Positions 28,935 through 39,355 of a stretch of 64,000 nucleotides of DNA are shown here, in pieces. Source of the stretch: Octopus vulgaris (taxonomy: Eukaryota); NCBI GenBank assembly GCA_951406725.2, contig OX597819.1, forward strand, positions 45,942,001-46,006,000, read 5' to 3'. The notes below the pieces were generated by a model. That model was given only the letters and a program-made list of their open reading frames with translations, did no database searches and was not told where the DNA came from. The first letter of the stretch is position 1; each line of letters begins with the position of its first letter. Made by a program: the position numbers and the translations under genes.

Positions 28935-29577
28935 TTATGTAGAAAAATGGAAACTGGGACAAGAACGTAAAACATTTAGAAGACGATACAAAAAACACGG
29001 ACGGGACATTCGAAGCCTTCAATCTTCAGTCAAGAAACGGATCATCGTAGCAATTTCGGCTGATTAATCTTGAGATCGCTCCGATCCAGCCATCCCCAAG
29101 GAAAAACTAATCTACGAGCATTAGATTCTTTGGAAGAAGGATCGAATGTATACGAAACAGGGACAGAAAAACGGACGATGCCACACGAATATAAAATACA
29201 AAAAACAATAATGGTAAAAACAGGACAAAAACAGCGGGTGTCTTACGACTAATATTTTGAAAAAATGCCTTTATCGGCAGACGAAGACAACAGATGTTCT
29301 CACGGCGCTGGTCGAAGGCCAAAAGGTTGATTTTGACCAGCGGTCACGTGACAGAAGAAAGAGAAAAGAAAGGGGGCAAAGGAAACAAAGAGAGAGAGAA
29401 AGAGGGACGAAGGCAACAAAGGGGGGGAGAAGAGAGAGAAAGAAAGAATTAAAGAGGGGAGAAGAAAGAGTGCGTGCCAAGGAGGGCTAGTGAGTGAAAG
29501 GTGAGAAAGACAGAGAAATGTGAGTGAGTGGGGGAAGAGTAGACCAAAGAATCAGAGGCAAGAAAAGAGAAAAGGAG

Positions 29578-29608
<31 letters not shown>

Positions 29609-29853
29609 AGGGGACAGATCAAAGTAGAGTGCAAAGTGTGAAAGGCAGAGAAATGTAGGAGAGAGAGACAGTGTGTAGAGTCGTACCAAATTTTATAGGA
29701 ATATGTACTTACATATAAGGCCAACGAGGGTATGGACGTCGCTATATATATTATTTTATGTAGAGAAATACAAACTGGGACAAGAACGTAAAACATTTAG
29801 AAGACGATACAATAAACACGGACGGGACATTCGAAGCCTTCAATCTTCAGGCA

Positions 29854-29855
<2 letters not shown>
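28931..29855 (-). mobile_element. Non-coding element family P1: 821-bp monomer plus about 105 bp of terminal direct repeat, in (TA)n
   Basis: TATTTTATGTAGA.AAAT..AAACTGGGACAAGAACG at 28931 and 29752; homologous along its length to 49403-50245. Confidence 0.88.
29023..29091 (-). ncRNA. Putative rearranged (non-circularly permuted) hammerhead ribozyme, copy 1
   Basis: GGCTG-GATC-GG-AGCGAT-C-TCAAGA-TTAA-TCAGCC-GAA-ATTGCT-ACGAT-GATCC-GTT-TCTTGA-CTGAAGA. Confidence 0.7.
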
Positions 29856-29940
<85 letters not shown>

Positions 29941-29949
29941 CATATATAT

Positions 29950-29989
<40 letters not shown>

Positions 29990-30258
29990 CAGTCAAGAAT
30001 GCTTATTTCTATCAAAGTTGGACTCCGGGCACGACATTGGATTTTTCACTCCCTTATGACAACCTAATAGTTCCCAATCTTATGGAACTATTTTTGTAGT
30101 GCGCATGGCAAAATTTTGGAGGGAAGATTTACGAATTCAAACGTCTATGTAGGTTTAGCTTTTGCTCACTTTCTTCAAATATTTTGATGTCGCATGGTCA
30201 GAAGGTTTGAGGTACGTAGCATTTGATAAATCTATGATAAATCTTTTTCAATGGAAAG

Positions 30259-30371
30259 CTGTGCTGAAGAAGGATGTGAAATATATATGCAATGTATATG
30301 AAATATATATCAAAAATATATATGAAATATATATTCAATATGTTTATAATCCAGAAGCATGATGTTCACAG
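30259..30371 (+). ncRNA. Type I hammerhead, unit 1 (GAAA changed to GAAG, likely impaired)
   Basis: CTGTG-CTGAAGA-A-GGAT..ATCC-A-GAAG-CATGATG-TT-CACAG. Confidence 0.7.
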
Positions 30372-30902
30372 ATAACCACCAGACTTCGTTTTCGTTATCT
30401 ATTCCTTCTGTTTTGCATATGTGAATTACAGGGTTTGTCGTGCCCGGAGTCCAACTTTGATAGAAATAAGCATTCTTGACTGCTATTTCTATTTTTTCGG
30501 TATGCGGTCAAGCAACCTGTTTGCCTGTCCCTTTTTCTTATATACAATATATATACTGAACTTTACAGAAGTTCCTGCCGGTAATCGGCTATATTTACAT
30601 ACCGAATTCTACCAGTAAATAATTGGGGTTTTTTTAAAAGCCTTTATAGAAATTATTTACTCTTATTATTATATTACTATTTGGATTTTTCACTCCCTTA
30701 TGACAACCTAATAGTTCCCAATCTTATGGAACTATTTTTGTAGTGCGCATGGCAAAATTTTGGAGGGAAGATTTACGAATTCAAACGTCTATGTAGGTTT
30801 AGCTTTTGCTCACTTTCTTCAAATATTTTGATGTCGCATGGTCAGAAGGTTTGAGGTACGTAGCATTTGATAAATCTATGATAAATCTTTTTCAATGGAA
30901 AG

Positions 30903-31015
30903 CTGTGCTGAAGAAGGATGTGAAATATATATGCAATGTATATGAAATATATATCAAAAATATATATGAAATATATATTCAATATGTTTATAATCCAGAA
31001 ACATGATGTTCACGG
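30903..31015 (+). ncRNA. Type I hammerhead, unit 2
   Basis: CTGTG-CTGAAGA-A-GGAT..ATCC-A-GAAA-CATGATG-TT-CACGG; stem I keeps pairing through a U-G wobble. Confidence 0.8.
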
Positions 31016-31546
31016 ATAACCACCAGACTTCGTTTTCGTTATCTATTCCTTCTGTTTTGCATATGTGAATTACAGGGTTTGTCGTGCCCGGAGTCCAACT
31101 TTGATAGAAATAAGCATTCTTGACTGCTATTTCTATTTTTTCGGTATGCGGTCAAGCAACCTGTTTGCCTGTCCCTTTTTCTTATATACAATATATATAC
31201 TGAACTTTACAGAAGTTCCTGCCGGTAATCGGCTATATTTACATACCGAATTCTACCAGTAAATAATTGGGGTTTTTTTAAAAGCCTTTATAGAAATTAT
31301 TTACTCTTATTATTATATTACTATTTGGATTTTTCACTCCCTTATGACAACCTAATAGTTCCCAATCTTATGGAACTATTTTTGTAGTGCGCATGGCAAA
31401 ATTTTGGAGGGAAGATTGACGAATTCAAACGTCTATGTAGGTTTAACATTTGCTCACTTTCTTCAAATATTTTGATGTCGCATGGTCAGAAGGTTTGAGG
31501 TACGTAGCATTTGATAAATCTATGATAAATCTTTTTCAATGGAAAG

Positions 31547-31659
31547 CTGTGCTGAAGAAGGATGTGAAATATATATGCAATGTATATGAAATATATATCA
31601 AAAATATATATGAAATATATATTCAATATGTTTATAATCCAGAAACATGATGTTCACAG
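31547..31659 (+). ncRNA. Type I hammerhead, unit 3
   Basis: CTGTG-CTGAAGA-A-GGAT..ATCC-A-GAAA-CATGATG-TT-CACAG; triplet GUU. Confidence 0.82.
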
Positions 31660-31950
31660 ATAACCACCAGACTTCGTTTTCGTTATCTATTCCTTCTGTT
31701 TTGCATATGTGAATTACAGGGTTTGTCGTGCCCGGAGTCCAACTTTGATAGAAATAAGCATTCTTGACTGCTATTTCTATTTTTTCGGTATGCGGTCAAG
31801 CAACCTGTTTGCCTGTCCCTTTTTCTTATATACAATATATATACTGAACTTTACAGAAGTTCCTGCCGGTAATCGGATATATTTACATACCGAATTCTAC
31901 CAGTAAATAATTGGGTTTTTTTAAAAGCCTTTATAGAAATTATTTACTCT

Positions 31951-32005
<55 letters not shown>

Positions 32006-32019
32006 CATGATATATGCAC

Positions 32020-32114
<95 letters not shown>

Positions 32115-32762
32115 TAGATATATAGATATCTATATGTACATATATATATGTATATATATGTATGTGTGTGTGCCTGTGTGTGTATATTAGATATGTAAAT
32201 GTGTAAATGTAAGCGTACGCGGGTTTGTTTGCGTGTATGTCACATATATATGCTTTTACATTAGTTTGCGCCTTAGATTATGGCTCTCACAGAGATCATT
32301 TTATGATTTCACTTTGCAAGGAAGCTACATTATTCAAGACCAAATTTCCAAAGAGAAAGAAAAAACAACAAATAACCTCTTGAGCATTCACAGAAATACA
32401 AAACACCTACACAATTTATACATCATGCTACTGCTATTCACGTACGTGCCTCCATGTATGTATGTGTGTGAGTGTGTGTGTGTGTGTTTATATGCGCGTG
32501 CGGAGGTGTGATCTAATATTTACAAATAATGTACTTCATAGAATGATTTCTACGAGGTACGCAAATGCACACATACGCCTATACATATACATATATTTTT
32601 CATACATATATATATATATACATATATATATACATACATATATTTATATATATGTATATATATATATATACATATATATATATACATATATATATGTATA
32701 AATATATATATATATATATGTATATACATATATAGATACACACATATATATATACATATAAA

Positions 32763-32870
<108 letters not shown>

Positions 32871-33436
32871 ACATAGGCTTAGATACATGCACAAAAAATA
32901 CACTGAAATCAGAAGCATAGCACCGATGAGTCTACTTGTGCAACAGCATATAAAAACTTTCACTGTACTATTGAACGTTTTTTTTTCTTACATGAGTGTA
33001 AAGTTTCAAGCAATACAGCCTCGAGTGTATTCTTGTATGTACGATTATATATCTGTACGAATCTATACATATGTACATACATACGTACATACATATATAC
33101 GTATATACATACATACATACATACATACATACATACATACATACATACATACATACATACATACATACATGCATATATACATACGTACATACATATATAC
33201 GTACATACATATATACATGCATGCATCCATACACACGTAAAGAGCTATTGACAGATGCTTACAAATAGATGTATCCGTATGTGTGTGTGTGTACGTGTGT
33301 GTGTGTGTGTGTTCATCTATTCTGGTGTGTATGTGTGTACTGTAAACCAACAAAAACATACAAATATTATTGGTACGTTCCCGGGTGTAGTAGTTTGTCA
33401 ATACATATATACATACATATACACACATGTATATTA

Positions 33437-33488
<52 letters not shown>

Positions 33489-33659
33489 TTCTATAATATG
33501 TAAATATCTATTCGTATATATATATATGTGTGTGTGTAGACGTATATATTATAGTCATATACACCTATAGATGTGTACGGGTATACGTGTACGTGTGTGT
33601 GTGTGCGAGTGTGTGTATCTGTGTGTCTGTGCATGTGTGTGTGTGTGTATATATGTATG

Positions 33660-33729
<70 letters not shown>

Positions 33730-33974
33730 TCGATTTCCATTTCTTTCTATAGCTTTGTCAAGTTAATATATGCAGAAATCAGTTATATGCATAAATTAGT
33801 GTGGATAATAACACATACCTACGCATTAATATCATTGTCCATTTTTAACACTAGTGCACAAATGTTTATCATAATACGCATACGATCGCACATAGAGAGA
33901 TGTATATGTATATACATGTAAATATTTATATACATTAAGAGCTAAAAAAAATTATATTAATCAACATACACATA

Positions 33975-34175
33975 CTAGGTATGATAATATCTATATTCAG
34001 TAGAATACTGTTTACTAAGAATTCTTGTAGCCGAATAGCCTTGCCAAACGTCTTTCCTATTCAATGGAGTGGCGTCTAAGTATATCATTTTGTTAAAATC
34101 GCTCATAATTGAATGGAGATATTGCCTTCGTGTCGGTCGACGTCGTTTACAAACCAACCCCGCTTCCAAAGTATT
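33975..34175 (-). mobile_element. Possible RTE-clade LINE 3' remnant
   Basis: [30 protein letters not shown] resembles the RTE ORF C-terminus (G.R.RGRP...W.D.I..D...DR..W). Confidence 0.35.
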
Positions 34176-34211
34176 GTATGTGTTGTCTCTTTCAATTATA
34201 TATGCATATAC

Positions 34212-34263
<52 letters not shown>

Positions 34264-34289
34264 GTATGTATATTTCTATTATATTCATA

Positions 34290-34349
<60 letters not shown>

Positions 34350-34351
<2 letters not shown>

Positions 34352-34527
34352 AAACTGAGAATGTGTGTCTGTCTGTCTGTGTGAATCCCTAAAACTTGAG
34401 AACTACACAACCAATTTCATTCAAATTTCCCACATGCCTTACTTAGGGTCCATGGAGTGTCATGGGCAAAGCTCTGGGCGCCATTGGGTTAGCTGTCCAC
34501 AGCTACCAGCCCCAACAGTCAGCGCTA
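34350..34527. mobile_element. Helentron/DINE-like non-autonomous element fragment
   Basis: (GTCT)n followed by AACTACACAACCAATTTCATTCAAATTT, a layout typical of HINE/DINE elements. Confidence 0.45.
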
Positions 34528-34580
34528 TGTATATGTATATATATACATACATATACATATATAAATTCTAATGTTATATA

Positions 34581-34619
<39 letters not shown>

Positions 34620-34830
34620 CATTAACATTTAAAAATACGAGAAAATCTTTATAAGAATGTATCAAGTAGTCAGCATGAAAAACCTCAAAAAGGGAAAGAT
34701 TATAATTATTCCCTTTAAATATAGCTATTTTCATTAAGGGCATTAATACACATAAAGGCTAACGCTATGGGGGACTCTTAAAGTCAAAACTACCATAAAA
34801 GAATATATTCTCATTTTGTCGTACTTCTTC

Positions 34831-35187
34831 TATACAAAATGGGACAAGAACGCAAAACATCCAGCCAGATGATACAAAAAAGGGACAACAAAACATCCAG
34901 GTAGACGATACAAAGAAAACAAGACGAGTCATTCAGAATTTTCTTTCCTCAGTCGAATTCCAGATTATCTTTGCAATTTCGGCAGGTTATACTCGAGATT
35001 GCTTCAATGTGACCAGTCCCAAGGAAAAACTAAGCTAAGAGCATTAGATTCCTTTAAAGAAAGCAGTGAATGTATACGAAAACAAGGACGGTATAAAATG
35101 GAGAATGTTACACAAATACAATTAACAGGACATATCAACAGGTGTCTTTCGACTAACGACGGATTAAATTAAGCTGGCGTGTGTGGA
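34831..35187 (-). mobile_element. Non-coding element family P2 (diverged relative of P1), truncated
   Basis: Shares GGGACAAGAACG, AGACGATACAAA, GCAATTTCGGC, CAAGGAAAAACTAA, GAGCATTAGATTC and GAATGTATACGAAA with P1. Confidence 0.8.
34946..35018 (-). ncRNA. Putative rearranged hammerhead, family P2 copy
   Basis: GACTGG-TCACATT-GAA-GCAAT-C-TCGAGT-ATAA-CCTGCC-GAA-ATTGC-AAAGAT-AATCTGG-A-ATTCGA-CTGAGGA. Stems I and III are intact with a different stem I sequence; stem II is decayed. Confidence 0.6.
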
Positions 35188-35265
35188 AATATATATATGT
35201 ATATACATATGTGTATATATATATATATATGTATATATATGTGTGTATATATATATATGTATATG

Positions 35266-35335
<70 letters not shown>

Positions 35336-36010
35336 CATACATACACATACATATATACATACATACGATGGATTTTATTTCAGTTTCTTTCTATCAAATC
35401 CATTCACAAGTATTTGGTTGGCCCGAGGCTGTTTTGGAAAACACTTACCTAAAGTGCCACTGAACCCGGTACTATGTGGTTGGGGAGCAAGCGTCTTCAC
35501 ACACAACTTAAGCATACGCATATTTGTATGTTTGCTATTGAATTTTAATGTATACGTTTTTATTGTAATCCCTATATAATTTTCTCACAAGATAGGGCGC
35601 ACATCGCACCCACAACGGTCCAATATTTTGATCTCATGTGTTGTTATAAAATCGTGCGTAAATAAGCGAATAAACACTGCAATATTGAACAACAGCCACT
35701 GCTACTACTGCTATCTCGGCCACTGGTCATTTCCGCAATTAAAGCCAACGAATCTAGTCAACACACAAGACAGCCATTATGCTCCCCCAACACAAAACAC
35801 CACCACGTGGACTCTGTTGAGACTAGTAAGAAACAATTATGAACTTTTTTTATTACACTTAACCTTTTAAAGTATTTTTGATAAGGTTCGTTTTTCCAGA
35901 AGAACCGAAACATGTAAAATCTCTAAAAAAATTTTAATTTATCTTATATATAGTGGCGTTTTCAAACTTCCTTTTTATAAATATATACCCACTCGTATGC
36001 CACCTACACC

Positions 36011-36060
<50 letters not shown>

Positions 36061-36062
<2 letters not shown>

Positions 36063-36366
36063 CACGTGATCACGTGACCGATCAGTCCATCAGATGTAGT
36101 TACGCATCGCTGGTCACAATGCGTTCGCATTATTTTAGCCTTCAAATGACGCCACCCCGCTGGCTAAGTGAGCAGGCCAACAAAAGAAAGAGTGAGAGAA
36201 AGACTGGTGAAAGAGAACAGCAGGGATCACCACCCGCTGCTGGGGCCTCGTGGAGCTTTTAGGTGTTTTCGCTCAATAAACACTCACAATGCCCGGTCTG
36301 GGAATCGAAACCGCGATCCTACGACCGCGAATCCGCTGCCCCAACCACTGGGCCATTGCGCCTCCA
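36061..36366 (-). mobile_element. SINE family C, full length
   Basis: tRNA-like head at the right end; 3' end is the palindrome TCACGTGATCACGTGA abutting (TA)n. Confidence 0.92.
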
Positions 36367-36416
36367 CATATATGTATATATATGTATGTATGTACATACA
36401 TACATACATACATATA

Positions 36417-36640
36417 GGCTTGTGAGTGCATCTGGTAGACAGAATCTTAAAGAAAGTCATCGTCTGTGTGTGTGTGTGTCTCTATGCCTGTGTTTGCACT
36501 CCCCCCCCCGCCACCGCTTGACAAATAGTGTTGGTGTGTTTATGTTCCCGTAACTTAGCGGTTCAGCGAAAGTGACCGATATAATAAGTAACAGGCATTA
36601 AAGTACCGGGGTTCGATTCATTCGCCACAGCCTAATGGCT
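36417..36640 (+). mobile_element. SINE family A, degenerate 3' part
   Basis: GTAACTTAGCGGTTCAGC..ACCGATATAATAAGTA. Confidence 0.7.
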
Positions 36641-36681
36641 ACAAAGATATATTTAAAGATATCCAACTATATCTATATATC

Positions 36682-37384
36682 TACAAACATCTGTCTGTGT
36701 TCGGACTGTCTTTTCACAGGAGCCCTCCGGGGCCCCGCCTTCGCCGTGAACAGGATTTAATCTTCTATTTTCGCTCCTTTGCGCCACATGGGCTCAACTC
36801 CCTCCTCTCTTCATCTGGCTAAACTCCTCTCTTCACTCCTACCTACCTCCTCTCTAGATTGATACCATCCTACCTCCACCCACACCCCCACACCCTGCAC
36901 CACCACACCATCCCCCACCACTCCACACATGCTACCAATGAACACTTCCCAGCACCCACACAATACACCATCCACACACCCACACACAATCTTCATTAAA
37001 GTCAATACCACTATATGAGCAGCCACACGTTATAGACACACGTTATAGACACACGCACACACTCACACACGGCAAACTCACTAGCCCCTATTGACACACA
37101 CATACACTTACACAGTTCACATACACACACACTTACGCACGCGCAGCTTCATTTGGGACCACCAGCCCTTTATTATCTCCATTTCATTCAACCTCTCCTT
37201 TCAATTATTTTTTCTAATCAGTCGCCGTACAAATCTACAAGTTTTTCTTTCATTTTTCCCTCAGTTTATTTGCTCTTATTCCTTTCTGTTCAAGAGCGTA
37301 GGCTCGAAACATGAAAGACTTTTTCATTTTCCCGAACTAATACACCTGCTTGTTGTTCATACACCTGGTTTCGTCTTTTGTTTC

Positions 37385-37388
<4 letters not shown>
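36682..37388 (+). mobile_element. 5'-truncated Penelope-like retroelement: GIY-YIG C-terminus, 3' UTR with HHR remnant, (TA)n
   Basis: 36682-36822 translates YKHLSVFGLSFHRSPPGPRLRREQDLIFYFRSFAPHGLNSLLSSSG*, the R..RE..LI.....P.GLN end of Penelope-type GIY-YIG domains. HHR remnant 37282-37317: CTTT-CTGTTCA-A-GAGC-GTAG-GCTC-GAAAC-ATG-AAAG. Confidence 0.85.
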
Positions 37389-37415
<27 letters not shown>

Positions 37416-37419
<4 letters not shown>

Positions 37420-37890
37420 ACTAAAAATAAGGGTGTCTGAGAGACACCACCATGCCGAAATAGCAGTCAAATCCTTGACTCTAAAAACCACTTTAAATGT
37501 TCATATCGCACCATGAGATAAGACAGAGGGACAAAATAGACTAGCAAAAAGATATTACTGAATAATTCAAGATCCTGGATTTCTAGCTTTGCTTCAAATA
37601 AGCTTTGCCTTCATCAGCTGAATATATCAAATATATTCAACTGATGTGAATTATTCAGTCATATCTTTTTGCTAGTCTATTTTGTCTCTCTGTCTTATCT
37701 CATGGTGCGATATGAACATTTAAGGTGCTTTTTAGAGTCAGGGATTTGACTGCTATTTCGGTATGGTGGTGTCTCTCAGACACCCTTATTTTTAGTTGTA
37801 AAAAATTATTACCTTTGCATGGTATTTTTCCCGTGCTGCCCACTTGATAATATCGATATTTAAATATCGATATTATCCTTATTTATAAAT
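37416..37890. mobile_element. Fold-back Penelope-like/HHR element with 154-bp inverted arms
   Basis: 37416-37569 is the near-perfect reverse complement of 37647-37800; (TA)n on both sides; carries the TTGACTGCTATTTC motif. Confidence 0.88.
37566..37622 (-). ncRNA. Type I hammerhead with canonical CUGAUGA and GAAA boxes
   Basis: TTCAG-CTGATGA-A-GGC-AAA-GCTT-ATTTG-AAGC-AAA-GCT-A-GAAA-TCCAGGA-TC-TTGAA; triplet AUC. Confidence 0.8.
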
Positions 37891-37994
37891 ATATATATAT
37901 ATATATACATAGTAATCACTCGCCATATGGTGGTGTTGTTTTGTATTCATACTAAAATAAATATATACAAATTATAAAAATAATAAAAAAAATA

Positions 37995-38080
37995 TACAGT
38001 ACTGTTTCTACTTCGCGGATTTTCCCCTCTTGCGGTGGTTTTTGGAACGTAACAACAGCGATAGTCGAGGGATTACTGTA
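37995..38080 (+). mobile_element. Tigger/pogo-like transposon 3' end
   Basis: TACTTCGCGGATTTTC..GGAACGTAAC..GCGATAGTCGAGGGATTACTG-TA, recognised as a Tigger-type terminus. Confidence 0.55.
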
Positions 38081-38091
38081 TATCTACATAC

Positions 38092-38142
<51 letters not shown>

Positions 38143-38722
38143 CAAACCTACAGACTAGATATGATAACATAGCCAAATTAATTACTTGTCTGTAGATTGA
38201 CAAGAATGATAAACAACCATAATTGATCTACGAAACATAATGGTGTTTTATTAGAAGTATCTAAAACACTTAACCTGTCCCAGAGCAACAAGCACCGAGG
38301 CTGCTTAAATATACAACAAATTCAGTAGCTACAGAGACCAGTAGCTGCTAATTTGCATACCAAAATTGTTTCTCAGTTTATTTAATGCCAACTGTCTCAC
38401 ATCGGTGGTCTCAGTCCACACAGTATGAAGGTATGATATAGTATACGTAAATCTTCGTAATAGTTATATAATACATACTAACTTTCTCCCTTCATGGTAA
38501 AAATCCCGTTCTTTGAAGTACTGATATTAAGTTTGGGGTCAATTGTGGTTGAGAAGTAGTAGCTTATATTGTTCTTTGTCGCCATGTATAGATTGGTTTA
38601 GTAGGAATACGATGCAATGCATTCCATACTACTACATTCCGTTTGAAGAAAAACTAGAAGCATATTATTCAGCTTGTGCTACGTAAGACCAAAAGGTGTG
38701 GTATAACGGCTGCATACAAATA

Positions 38723-38753
<31 letters not shown>

Positions 38754-38785
38754 TCTTTTGTTGTCTTACCATTTCTCTCTACCCC

Positions 38786-38834
<49 letters not shown>

Positions 38835-39236
38835 CACACATACATATACATGTGTTTGTGTGTGTGTACGTATGTGTATGAATGTATCTTTGTGCATATA
38901 TGTGCATGGAAATGTAATGGTAAATGTATGCATGTAAGTATAGATTGCGTGATATAGGTATATGCATATGCCTGCGTATGATGTATATGTGGCAGCATAC
39001 GTAAAGAGGAAAATCCATACATCCCTATACATATGCAGATCATATATTTCACATGATTTACCATAAATTTTACATATACAACAGATTTTATTTTGGCATG
39101 TATACAAACGTACTTTCTCAACATATATATGGATACATAAGGAACCTAACTATAGATATGCACATATACATATACATAAATACATACATACATATATATA
39201 TATATGTATATATATATATATGTATATATATGTATA

Positions 39237-39355
<119 letters not shown>

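Larger units (their letters stand above)
29986..31956 (+). mobile_element. Retrozyme-like tandem array: 51-bp inverted segment plus about 3 x 644-bp monomers, flanked by (TA)n
   Basis: TTGGATTTTTCACTCC at 30037, 30681 and 31325 (period 644); units nearly identical; 29986-30036 is the reverse complement of 30436-30486. Confidence 0.92.

Noticed and set aside
29003-29029. CUGAAGA-GAAG/CUUC-GAAU-GUC as a standalone type I or III hammerhead, or CGAAUG as an HDV-like J4/2
   Set aside because: GAAU lacks A15.1, no stem III is available, and I could not build a consistent HDV P1/P3/P1.1 fold. The rearranged model explains the covariation better.
30162-31906. Triplicated 66-aa and 65-aa ORFs
   Set aside because: Non-ATG starts, no recognisable domain, one overlaps the ribozyme, and their identity simply reflects the tandem repeat.
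30037-31956. CRISPR array or simple satellite
   Set aside because: Units are 644 bp with no unique spacers, the context is eukaryotic, and the HHR plus inverted end point to a retroelement.
37455-37470. GAAATAGC similarity to the Cas9 guide scaffold
   Set aside because: An 8-nt coincidence inside a native repeat motif.
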